A stretch of DNA of 64,000 nucleotides from positions 124,001 through 188,000 of the forward strand of contig JAVKOQ020000081.1 of the NCBI GenBank assembly GCA_031835245.2, given 5' to 3'. Made by a program: the position numbers and the translations under genes. Shown piece after piece: positions 22,908 to 34,852 of the stretch (its first letter is position 1; each line of letters starts with the position of its first letter). The notes below the pieces were generated by a model. The model had not been told where the DNA came from. It worked only from the letters and a program-made list of their open reading frames with translations, and searched no databases. This stretch comes from Balamuthia mandrillaris. Its lineage: Eukaryota.

Positions 22908-24921
22908 TTACAACATATTTACAACGACGCCCGACTTGTATTTTAGCGAAAGGCCTCCTCGAACCATGCTCAAGTCTTGTCCAGGAACGAGCTCCCAAAC
23001 CACCTTTTCTCTCATTAACACAGCCAACAAGGTCACCACCTCCATTATTGCAAACTATGGAATGGCAAAGCAGAAGAGCAAGGTGAATGTTAATATAGGC
23101 AACCCTCTTCCTCGAACCAAGACGCTAAGCGAACAACCTTCATTCCTATACAGCTGCGAATGCCCGATGCAAAGCTGAAGAAGCAGGACCGGTCGTCGTC
23201 CTTATACCTTGAAGAATAAGCTTCGGCCTCTCTGTCAAACCGATCCGGGTCAAACACCTTTCCTCATTCGTTTTCACATTAGATGCGAAGAGTAGAACAA
23301 AACGTTGGAATGAATATAACATACGTGAGGATCGGTGAAAGCTTGGTGATGAACGCCTTGAAAGCTGACCACGATGATGTCCCCTGTGGGGATGGTGTGA
23401 GGCCCCAGAGTGATGGGCTGCAGCACTTCCCTGGCACTGGCCAGCACCGGAGGAACGTAACGCAGCAACTCTGTGACCACTGCCGTGCAGTAAGATAAAC
23501 TTTGAACCTGTTGTTGACATGTGTTAAGACGAATAACAAGAACAAAACGAAGAGGGTGAGCAGGAGAATTACACGTTCGTAGGTGAGATCTTCTCCTGAG
23601 GGAGCCTTTTGCTGTATCTCTTGTTGGGCTTTGCGGACCACTTCCGGATGTTGCGGAAGAACCTTCATCAAAGAACATAAAGTACTCAACACTACAAACA
23701 CGAAACAAGGATGTTACCATTTAGTTTGCTGGCTTTTGTTTGGTTCCACCAGAACAAACCTGTTTCATGACCCGCAAGCAGAAAGAGAAGGAGGTTATCG
23801 ATGATGGTATCCTCGTCGAGAACAACGTCATCTCCTCCCTCTTCACCGCAAGGTTTCATCTCAGCTGCCACCCGAAGCAACATAGAAACCACTGTTTCTT
23901 TCTGTTGGTTCTCTGAGGGATTGTTTTGCTCCTATGTTGCATTGTTGTTGTGAACCCTAAAAGAAAGGAAGAGAACAACAAGAAGGTAGTATATACCCGT
24001 TGCGCTTGGTGCAGCAAAGCTTTCACGCTTTGTTGCAGCTTCTTTCTGGCAGCTAGAGACCGCATAAAGGTTGACCCTGCTATCCTTAGAGGAAGGCTGG
24101 AGAACGCCTGTATCCATTCCTCGTATACCTTTACTTGTTCGGTGTTCATTGCTGTTTCTTTGTCGATCATACTGTGGAGGAAGCACGTTTAAGCAGCTTA
24201 TGGAAACCAAGGAGGAGGGATATGAAGAAATAAGAAGACAAATGGAAGAGGTACCATCCATAAACGATCTCGTAAGCCAGCGCTCGTAACAACGGAAGCA
24301 TGGTGAGAGGTCCCTGAGTCGCTTTCCACTCCCGCACATGCTTCTCCGCAAAGTACTTCATCGTATCAAAGTAGTTTTTCATGGCATTCGTTGAAAACAG
24401 TGTAAACAACGACTTGCGAAGGACTTTGTGAAGTGGACCAACTACTGCAGTGATGGCATTTCCTTCCAGCTCAAAGATATGGGGAGGGACCCATCCTTGC
24501 ACCTTTAATTGTACCTTTAACGTTATTTCAAACAAAAACCGACAGGAAGGAACGCACTTGTTTGCCGTCGGCAGCAAAGACACGTTTAACGTCTTCGGGC
24601 TCACAGGTCACGAACAGCTCTCCGCAAATAAGCAAAAACAGAAAAGTAAAAAACAGGAGCTTATGCATGAAGGGCTCGAGTAGTTAAAGACCTTCCAGAT
24701 AAACATAAACGAGTTCTAGTCCCGTATAGGCCGAAACGAGAAGTCCACATCTTCTCCGGATCGCTCGTCACCATCAAAGGAATGACCTCTCCGACAATGG
24801 GCCAGCTCCAATGGGGCAACGGCCGGGCATCCAATCTTCTCCTACACCATTGCAACGCCCCAAAGATGAAGTAGGCAGTCACGGAAGCGCCAACCAATGC
24901 CAGTGCCATAGTCCATCCCAT
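22908..24921 (-). CDS. Cytochrome P450, paralog 1 (first splice acceptor reads GG; possibly a pseudogene)
   Basis: N-terminal anchor and PLPHWSWPIVG; I-helix LLAGHET; K-helix ELLR; FDPDRF; heme motif FASGIRSCIG; stop at 22908-22910. Confidence 0.88.
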
Positions 24922-26299
24922 TTCCGTGTAAGGTTGCTTTTGTTCTGCGATGAAAGTGATGCGGCATATCGAACTAGTGAAGCATAAGAATGAAAAGGTG
25001 ATGGAACACGCTTAGCCTGAAAGTTGACAGCTTTTCATTCCCGAAACGAAGTATGAGCGTATCATCGGGGCAAGGCGGTGGTAACCGCTGAAAGGCGTAC
25101 TTTCCTTTTTACTTTTTCCCTCTTGCTCTTGAGTGGTATTAAAAACAGTCCTGGCCATATCTCCTCCACCAATCCTGCAAACAATGAGGGCTTTCCGTTC
25201 TTTGAAGAAATTACACCCGAAAGATGATGAGTCCTCCTTTTACGTGGTTCGGCCGGATACCAAGAACCCCCACATCGTGCCTCCCCCGAACAATCCTTTT
25301 CTCCACATCAGCCCAAAGCCATTCGCCGCCGCCAACATCTCCTTTCCCGAAACGGCACTGCTTCCGATTTGTCGATTTTACGGCCCGATGATGACGTAAG
25401 CTTGGTTTCTTGCCTCTGCTGATATCAAGGGGAGTGTGCAGTTTTAAGTACGCAGCCACGTCAGCTCTCTTTTTGTGTACAATTCACCAGCAAAGATAGC
25501 GATGAGGCAACGAACAGAGCAAACGCAACGGTGACAGCAAGGACGGTGTCGCCAGGGGCGGCAAAGCTGAAAGAGAAGATTGTGACGACCAGCCGAGCGA
25601 TGGCAACTTTGATGTTACGCATCAGTCTGTGATGACAGCAAAGTCCACAACGGAGACGGCGATGCTGCAGCAAAGCAGGGAATGTGCCGATAAAGGGAGC
25701 GCTTCGGAGACGCTGCAAGGAACAACTAGTGCCTCGAGGCAACGATCAGTTCGTTTCAGTCCCAATTAAAATATTATCATTACATTCCTAGAAATGGTTT
25801 CTAGGAATCCATCTTACGCAATAGCATCTTGAAGCGACTGGGCCGCAACGGTCTGTCATTTTCAACCTCGAAATCCTCACGCTTACAATTTTTCCATAAT
25901 AGCTCCGATTATCCCTTATACATTAATTTGTTGTTTTTGGAGTTGTTCTAAAAAGATAAAGTGATACTTATAGGTAACGCTGCACCTCAGGTGGCCAGAT
26001 AACGTTCGTATCGCTGTTGAAAAAAAAAGACTGTTGCGGCCCATGTCGGATGTATCCGTTTGTCAACTGGATTCAGAAGCCAATCTACCACGTAACAGAG
26101 CCAATAAAGGCACGCAAATGAACGGGTTACCCCATGAAACAACGTTATTGGGCCAGCTGAGGTGCAGCAGTTACACCCACGCATGAAAAAAATGTTCTTT
26201 CAAACAACGAAACATTCAGCAAAGAAGCAATTGAACATTGCGACACGAAGCCTCTGACTAGGTTCCTTGGTGTACTCCAACAACAAACAACAATTGACA

Positions 26300-28110
26300 A
26301 TGGCTTCCGCTTGGGTGTTCATTGCAACGCTTGGCTTATTGCTTTTTCCTGTTCTCATCTCGGCCGTAAGACAAGGTAGTTTGAATTCAACCCTTGTTCT
26401 CGTTACATTCCTTCTCATTTTTGATGGTTTCGAATAGCGCCTGCACCGCTCCACAGAGGAGAGAAGCCTGTTCCAAACTCCTACGTCATCAAAATGAAAA
26501 GCGACGTGGACTCTTCTAAGGGTTTGTATTTTTTTTATTTTTTTTTTGGGTGAGGTGTAAATTGTATATTGAGTTTCTTGGGGTGTGCGTCTTTTCTTTT
26601 TGAATGCAGCCACAGACTATTTGTTCCGGGTGGCAACCAGACTGAATGCAACGAGGGAGGCCCGTGCTGTTGAACGTTCTGATTCCGCTCCAGACCTTCT
26701 TGACCTTGTTAGGCATGTTTACTCGCTTGACGCATTCCAGGGCTTTTCCGCCAAGCTCTCACAAGGGTAAAGTTTAGTTTGTTTTTGTTGCTGATGTTCC
26801 CCTCAACGTTCTCATTTTTCTTGTTTTTTTTGACAGAGAACTGGAGAAGATCATGCGTGATGATGAGGTGGAATATATTGAAGAAGACCAATTCTACGAG
26901 TATCAAGCCTGTGTTGCTCCTAGCGCTAATGGCCATCATGTACGTCTGCCTTTTTCTTTTCTCTTTTTCCTCTTTATCTCACGTTATCGTTATAGAATCT
27001 GGATAGGTTGGACAACTCTCCTCCAAACTGGGATGGGGTGTATCGCCACGAGGCCAAGGAGGGTGACGGTGTTGTTGTCTACGTTCTTGATAGGTAAGTG
27101 GATTCTTTTCACATTGTCGCAAACTTGGCAGACCTTCCGTTCCCTGCCAATGGCCTTTTCTCACCCTTTTTCGTTTGCACCGGCCAGTGGAATAAGAACA
27201 AGCCATCACGAGTTTGGTCCCCCTCCCAACTGGCGTGCAGCCTTTGGAGCAAATATCGTTGAGGATGGCTACAACAGTGATTGCCATGGGCACGGGACTC
27301 ACGTTGCTGGTTTGCTCTCCTCCAAATCCGTTCCGTTTCAGAATATAATGAAAGTAATCACCACCAGGAACCATTGCTGGCTATTGGCATGGGGTGGCCA
27401 AGAAGGCAAGAGTTGTGGCTGTGAAGATTGGCAGCCCAGTGTATGATTGTTCTTCGGGCCCGACCCTCTCCAATATCATAAACGGAATCTGCTGGGCAAC
27501 CAATGATCATAGAATCAAGGGGCTTGAACGTTCTGTCGCCAACCTGTCCAGTGGCGGACCACCTTCGGCAACGATGTGTACTGCAATTCAAGCCAGCCAC
27601 GATGCTGGAATTGTGTGGGTTGTTGCAGCTGGCAATGATAATTCGCCTGTCTCTTCTGGTTCGCCCTACGACTGTGCAGCTCCTATTGTCGTTGGAAATG
27701 CTTTTTATGATCCCACAACTCAACAGGACTTTAGGGCTTCAACCTCCAACTACGGGAGTAATGTGCACCTTTTTGCTCCAGGAGAACAAATCAACAGCTC
27801 TGCCATCACTAGTGACACTGCGGTGAGAAGTTTTACACTCTAAACCTTCTAAAAAGAAAACAAACTAACCTTTCTCAAATTCAATCGGGCACAGTGGGTG
27901 GTATACAGCGGTACAAGCATGGCTTCTCCTCACGTGGCTGGCGTTGTTGCCCTCGTGAGAGCAGCGAACAATTGGGCTTCAACCCACGCACGTGATGCTG
28001 TGAAGAATATGTATGTTAGCGCAGACCCTGTTCAGTTGAACTGTGGCTTGGCTTTGGATCCGTTTTCCTGTCTGAGTACTCCACCAAGACACATTTTCTT
28101 CCAGTGTTGA
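26300..28110 (+). CDS. Secreted subtilisin-like S8 serine protease (proteinase K/aqualysin type) with I9 propeptide, multi-exon
   Basis: Signal peptide MASAWVFIATLGLLLFPVLISA; propeptide PNSYVIKMK...FQGFSAKLS; catalytic triad VYVLDSG, DCHGHGTHVAG, SGTSMASPHVAG; AAGN oxyanion motif. Confidence 0.93.
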
Positions 28111-28437
28111 GGGTGTCGCACGTGTATTTTGTATTTCTTTTGTAAAATTAAAATAAAATCTCACCACATGAGGGAAGACCGAAGGGAGAGAAGCCCTGTT
28201 CCATTTCTTCACCTCGCATAAGAGGTCGAAGGGAAACGATAGTATCGATATTCGTTTGGAGAGGTTGATTGATTGCGAACGGTGCAGAAGGAATGTGGAG
28301 TGATCAGGCTTTGAGAAGTTTCATGCATAAGATGCACTTGACAAGCTTAACGTGAGCTTCCGTTGCACCGTTCGCTCTTGAGGGAAACTCGACCATCACG
28401 GAGAGAGCGAAAATGGTCTTCCTTTGCATCCAGGTAT

Positions 28438-28476
<39 letters not shown>

Positions 28477-28560
28477 AAAGTTATTGTTAGTAAGCGGCCA
28501 CATCAGCTCTGTTTTTGAATATACAATTCTCCATGACAAACTGTTTCGTGTCTCCTTTGT

Positions 28561-30834
28561 TCAATCGGCTTTTTTGCCTTCGGGCAAGAGGTTCACAATG
28601 ACACCAGAGTTGAACTTGAGGGACAGGCCAGCTCGAACCTTTTTAAAAGAAAACAGAAAATGCAATAAGAAGATAAAGAAGAAATGAAGCGAGAAGCAGA
28701 ATAAGCAACGCACCAAACGCAAGTCTTGGCCAGGGACAAGCTCCCAAACCAACTTTTCCTTCAATATCACGGCCAACAGCGAGACAACTTCCAACATGGC
28801 AAACTGTAACAGGAAAAAACGTGTTATGAGAACGAAGCAAGAATGTAACTAACAGCTCCGAAAGAAAAGAGAACGAGACGAGAGAGCAAAGAGTGAGAGA
28901 AATGAGCACAAGAGAAGAGAGGAGAGAGGAGAGGAGAGACCTTCATGCCAACGCAACTGCGGGTGCCACCTGCAAAACTGGCGAAACACGCTCTGTCGTC
29001 ATCCTTGTACTTTGTTGAGTATGTCTCCGACTCTCTATAGAACCGATCCGGGTCAAACATCTGTTTTTAAATAACAAATAAGAAGAGAAACGAATAAAGA
29101 GAAGATGAAGAGAACAAGAACAAGGAGAAGAAGAAGAACAAGAACAAGAACAAGAACAAGATGAAGGAGAGTAACTAACCTCTGGATCATTAAAAGCTCG
29201 ACTATGAACACCCTGATAGCTGACCAGGATGATCTCCCCACGCGGGACGGTGTAGGGGCCAAGAGCGAAGGGTTCGAGGGCTTCTCTGAAGCCGCCAACA
29301 ACGGGCGGGTGGACGCGGAGCACTTCTTTCACTACCGCTGTACAATAATGTAAACTTTGTACCTGTTTGTTTTGGTTTATCGTTTGTTAGTTGGAAGTGT
29401 TGCCAAAACAAAAAGAATAGAGGAAGCGTACATGCTCAAAGGTGAGTTCTTCTCCATCGGGAACGACATTGCGGACCTCTTCCTGGGCTTTGCACATGAC
29501 CTCTGGATGCTCTGGTAATAGTTTCATCAACGAGCACATCGTGCTCAACACTGGGTTTGGATGGGAGTTAGCATGCATGTTCTTCATCTTCTTCATCATC
29601 TTTCTTCCTCCTGCCGTCTTCTTACTTTCGTTATAATAAAGAAAGAAGACGAACCGGTTTCGTGACCAGCAAGCAGAAAGATGAGCAGGTTGTCAATCAT
29701 GAATTCGTCGTCAAAGAAGACCCCTTCCTCGCCACCAGCTGCCTCCATTTCTTCTGCCAAGCGAAGCAACATCAACACAACTGTTGACTTGTGTTGTTTC
29801 GTGGGTGTGTCCTTTGTCTTCCCCTTCACGGTTTGAAAGAAGAATTGTTAGATTTTAAATGTTATAATAGGAAGTTAGAACGAGAACGTACTTCTCTTGC
29901 TTCTTCGAGCAGGGCTTTCACTTTGCGTCGCAGCTGCTCTTTGGCGTAGAGACCTTTGTTGAGAGCACCGCCTGGCAGGTGAAGAGGAATGCTGGTAAAG
30001 GCAGCTATCCATTCTTCGTAGAGTTGAACCTGGTCGTTGTTGGTCGCGGTCTCTTTGTCGATCATGCTGGTGTTATAGCAGGACGAATAAGAGACGAAGG
30101 AGAAGGAGAAGGAGAAGGAAAGAGAAACAAAAAGAAGAACGAAAACCAATGAAAGAGGAAGAAGAAACAAAAAAAGACTGAAGAAAGACGGAAGCAGAAA
30201 GAAGAAAGAGTCCCTACCATCCATAGACAGCCTCATAAGCAAGCCCTCTCAACAAGGGCATCATGGTGAGCGGTCCTGGCGTCTCCTTCCACTCCCTCAC
30301 GTGCTTCTCCACAAAGTGCTTCATCGTGCCAAAGTAGCTCTTCATGGCGGGCGTCGTGAACAGCGTGAACAGAGCTTTGCGGATGACTCTGTGCGGAGCG
30401 CCAGTAACGGCGGTGATCGCCTTGCCTTCCAACTCGTGCAGATAACTCGGAAGCCAGCCCTGAACATCTTTGCCCTCAGCTGCAAAGACTCGTTTCGCAT
30501 CTTCTGGTTCGGCTGTCGCCCAAAACTCTCTTTTTGTTTTTTGAGGTGGCCATATATTAGTCGTTATAGAAAGTAAACGAATCAAGATAAAAAGAAGCTT
30601 TTACTTTCCGAACAAAGAAGCTCTGGTTCTGGAGCCATAGCGCGAAAAGCGGTCCGGCCAAACACGATCCGGAGGGCTAAGGATGAGAACGGCGAGAGCG
30701 TCCCCGACGAGAGGCCAGCTCCAGTGAGGAAGCGGTCGGCCTTCCCTCCGCCTCCTCCACCACTGCAAAACTCCGACCAGCAAGTAGCTGGCCACTATCA
30801 CGAAGAGCGCAAGCGGCAGCGTTGTCCAGTTCAT
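28561..30834 (-). CDS. Cytochrome P450, paralog 2
   Basis: MNWTTLPLALFV anchor; LLAGHET; KEVLRVHPP; FDPDRF; FAGGTRSCVG. Confidence 0.92.
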
Positions 30835-31128
30835 GTCGTTATTGTTTGTTTTGGGTGTGTGTAATGCTTTTTGTCTCAATTCAATAAATATCGAAATTGA
30901 AAGGCGATAATTCCAAAATTTGACGAAAAAATGTCTATAAAAGGTTCGATTATCGGCCATTGAACCGTAAATTTAAATATTTTTAGCCAATGGCGAACGA
31001 ATGAATCTCTCTCGCTCTTTATTCCCCATTCGTTCCGCTCATCTTTTTCTTTTTTTTCTTTTCTTTCCTTTAGTCCTTCTTTTTTTTTTTCTTTCTTTCT
31101 TTCTTTTGTCCTCTTTCTTTTTTTGCTT

Positions 31129-33455
31129 TCAGTCCGCTTTTTTGCCTTCCTGAAGAAAGTTCACGATAACACCAGAGCTCACCTTGAGAGAAATGCCTCC
31201 ACGCACCTTTGTGGGTTGTGAAGAATAAGAAAGATGAGAGAGAGAGAGAGAGAGAGAGAGTGAAACAAACCAAACTCAAGTCTTGTCCCGGAACAAGATC
31301 CCAAACCATCTTTTCTCTCATCAGCACGGCCAACAACGTGACAACTTCCAACATGGCAAACTAAGAAAGCAATCTCCGTGTTAACAACAGAAATACTGGT
31401 AACGAAAAATAGATAAAGATAAAGAACCTTCATGCCAACGCAACTGCGAATACCGGCGGCAAAACTGAGGAAACAGGTTCTGTCATCGTCTTTGTACTTT
31501 GTCGAGTACGTTTCAGACTCCCTATGAAACCGATCTGGGTCGAACGTCTGTTCCGCCCAGAGATACCGAATAAGAGACTGAAAAAAAAAGTGAGAGGAGA
31601 AAGGGGAAGTGGTCTTACTTTTGGATCGTTAAAAGCTTGACTGTGAACTCCTTGATAGCTGACCATGATGGTTTCTCCGCGTGGAATGGTGTACTGGCCA
31701 AGCGTGATGGGTTCTAATACTTCTCTGAACGCACCAACCACTGGTGGAACGACACGAAGCACTTCTTTTACGATGGCAGTGCAGTAGGCTAAGCTTTGGA
31801 CCTGTTGTTTGCAAGTATATGAAAAAAAAAATAAAACAGAGAGCAAAAGCAAGAAATAAGCGTACATGCTCAAAGGTAAGTTCTTCTCCATCGGGAGCGA
31901 CGTTGCGAGCTTCTTCTAGGGCTTTGCGCATGACCTCTGGGTGCTCCGGCAATAGTTTCATCAACGAGCACATCGTGCTCAACACTGTGTTTGAATGGAT
32001 AAACACCATCAAATGTTAGTAGCTATCTTCCTTTTGGTCCTCCGCTGCTCTCTTCTCCATTCCATCTGCTTCTTTTGTTCCTTCTTCCTTGTACAAAGAA
32101 GGTATACCCGTTTCATGACCGGCAAGAAGAAAGATGAGCAGGTTGTCGATCAATGTTTCGTCGTCGATGAGAACACCTTCCTCTCCGCCGGCTGCTTCCA
32201 TTTCCTCTGCCAAACGGAGCAACATCAGCACGACTGTTGCTTTATGTTGTTTGGTTGGTGTGCCTTTGGTCTTCTCCTGTATGTTTTCATAACACAGAAG
32301 GTTTACTTGCCATCGTTCTTGGATTGAGGAAATGTATACGTACTTCTCTTGCTTCATCAAGCAAAGCTTTGACGTTATGTCGTAACTTTTCTTTGGCGGC
32401 AAGGCCTTTGACCAAGCCCCTTCCTGGTATGTGGATAGGCAAACTGGAAAAGCCGTTTATCCATTCTTCGTAGAGTTGCACCTGGTCGTTGCTGGTCGCT
32501 GTCTCTTTGTCGATCATGCTGATAGATTGTTGCTCAGTGAGTGTGAGGACAAGAAGAAGAAGAAGAAGAAGAAGAAGAAGAAGAAGAAGAAGAAGAAGAA
32601 GAAGAAGAAGAAGAAGAAGAAGAAGAAGAAGAAGAAGAAGAACAAGAAGAAGAACAAGAAGAAGAAGAACAAGAACAAGAACAAGAAGAAGAACAAGAAC
32701 AAGAACAAGAACAAGAACGAGAACAAGAACAAGAACAAGAACAAGATAAAAAGAAAGAACACGATACCATCCGTAGACAGCCTCATAAGTAAGAGTTCGC
32801 AACAAGGGCAGCATGGTGAGCGGCCCCGGCGTCTCCTTCCACTCCCTCACATGCTTCTCCACAAAGTGTTTCATCGTGCCAAAGTAGCTCTTCATGGCGG
32901 GCGTCGTGAACAGCGTGAACAACGCCTTACGCAGCACTTTGTGCTGAGTGCCGGTAACGGCGGTGATCGCCTTGCCTTCCAACTCGTGCAAATGGGGTGG
33001 GAGCCATCCTTGCACCTTTGTTTGTTTGCTGTTAGCAAAGAAAGAAACAAAAGAGGAAGAAGCAGCACAACAAAAAAAGGTACTTCTTTTCCTTCGGCAG
33101 CAAAGATTCGTTTTGCGTCTTCTGGTTCGGCTGTTATAAATAATTCTCTATAGCGGCAGAAAAAAAAAGTACTTAGCGCAAAGGAAAAGAAAGAGAAGGA
33201 CAAGAACGCTAGCTGCTCCACGTACTTGCCAAACAAAGAGGCTCTCGTTCTGGTGCCATGCCACTCGAAACGAGTGTACCAGGCGTCCTCCGGGGAGAGG
33301 AAGAAGAGGAGGGCCAGGTTATCGCCGACGATCGGCCAGCTCCAGTGAGGAGGAGCCCTGCCCTCCCTGCGTCTCCGCCACCATTGCAAGACACCGACCA
33401 GCAGGTAGCAGGCCACCACCCCAAGGAGCACCAGCAGCAGCGAGGAAGCGTTCAT
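31129..33455 (-). CDS. Cytochrome P450, paralog 3
   Basis: MNASSLLLVLLGV anchor; LLAGHET; KEVLRVVPP; FDPDRF; FAAGIRSCVG. Confidence 0.92.
32551..32746. repeat. (AAG)n/(AACAAG)n microsatellite inside a P450 intron
   Basis: Directly visible; it produces the spurious poly-K/R/L/F/S ORFs in the track. Confidence 0.95.
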
Positions 33456-33572
33456 CTCCTCAACCCGCCTTTTATCGATGCCTTTGGTACCAGTTTCGCT
33501 CAAACAATTACGACTGATAATATTGATTTTCTTCTCGGCAATTATTCTAACAATCCGACTACCGTTTTCGCC

Positions 33573-33715
33573 TGACTCAAAGGACATTAACTGGTATGAC
33601 GTCATTGTTTTTGCTGTGGGTCGGGCGCAGAAAACTGACGTCACAAAATTTAACCACTTTTGTGGCGAACATTTTCTGTCTCGCATTGCGACCGGAAGAT
33701 TATTTGCTGACGTCA
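33573..33715. promoter_or_regulatory. Three CRE palindromes (TGACGTCA) and one AP-1 site (TGACTCA) in the divergent P450/DUF1990 promoter
   Basis: TGACGTCA at 33597, 33636 and 33708; TGACTCA at 33573. Confidence 0.6.
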
Positions 33716-33805
33716 CATACTTTAAATGTCGACAATAACTACATGAGAAAGGATTGACAAGAAAGAAGAAAACAGGTGGCGGACGGGAGAGAGAGAGGGA
33801 ACAGG

Positions 33806-34609
33806 ATGCTGCATTGGAAGAAGCCCAGCAGGGAGGAGACGGCGGCGTTTCTGCTTGCACAGTCCACGGAGAGCTTCCCCTATCCTCATGTGAGGGCAAC
33901 CTATGGCAAACGCAACAAAGAAGAGCTACAACAGGTGTTCGCCAAAGAGAAGGACCCATTCGAGGTGGAGCACCACCGAATGCTCCTTGGCAAGGGCTCT
34001 GAAACCTTTTACAAAGCCAAAGAGGTTTGTCTCTCTTCACACATATATAGTTTTTGGTGACACACTGCTCTGTTTGTTCTTCTTATTCATCACTCTCAAT
34101 CTCTGTCAAAGGCTCTGGCCACATGGAAAATGTTTGAAGTGCCATGGGTAGAACTGCTCTACCCAGACTCGCCCATCCGGGAGGGCGAAACCGTGGGGAT
34201 CCTCATCCTCAGCATGGGCGTCTACACCCTCAGCGCCTGCCGCATTATCTACACGGTGGACGAAGGGGAGGAGGACTGCAGCGCCTGCCAACGCTTTGGC
34301 TTTGCCTATGGCACGTTGCCCTGTCACCTTGTGGGCGGGGAGGATCGGTTCCTTATAGAGTGGGACCGCTCGGATGACAGCGTGTGGTACGAGCGGCTAT
34401 CCTTCTCCACGCCGCAGCATTGGTTGGCCAAGCTGGGCTACCCTGTGGCCAGATGGTATCAGAAGCACTTTGCAAAGGATTCGGACAGGGCGATGTTTCT
34501 TCGGGTCAATCGGTTAGAGGGTGCCGGAGAGTGCGAGGAGGAGGATGTTTGGGGGAGCGAAGGGCCTGCTATGGAAGGAGCGGGCGGTGGTAAAGCATTT
34601 GATTTGTGA
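33806..34609 (+). CDS. DUF1990 (UPF0548) family protein, one intron (about 34025-34111)
   Basis: LPLSSCEG-type start region with YPHVRATY, LLGKGSETFYKAK, CRIIYTV, RFGFAYGTLPCHLVGGEDRFLIEW and SFSTP...LGYPVARWYQKHF. Confidence 0.88.
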
Positions 34610-34650
34610 ATCCCTTCTTGCTTTTTCTTTTTGTTGCACATGAGGCAGGC

Positions 34651-34800
34651 AGAGAGGAGAGAGGAGAGAGCAGAGGGGAGAGAGAGGAGAGAGCAGAGAG
34701 GAGAGAGGAGAGAGCAGAGAGGAGAGAGCAGAGAGGAGAGAGGAGAGAGCAGTGAGCAGTGAGCAGAGAGGAGGGAGCGGAGAGAGAGGAGAGGAGAGAG
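34651..34800. repeat. Purine-rich degenerate tandem repeat (gagaggagagagca-like units)
   Basis: Directly visible between DUF1990 and Ham1. Confidence 0.9.
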
Positions 34801-34852
34801 CATCAGCGTTCAGGAGGGTCCGGTGCGGAAGTTCGTGTGAAACAAAATAAAG

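Noticed and set aside
25133..25770. Short ORFs between P450 paralog 1 and the subtilisin
   Set aside because: No recognisable motif and frames are interrupted by stops. It may be a decayed gene, but I cannot support a call.
32431..33153. Poly-K/R/L/S ORFs, and similar ones at 12977-13348, 38832-39221 and 42364-42730
   Set aside because: Translations of intronic microsatellites.
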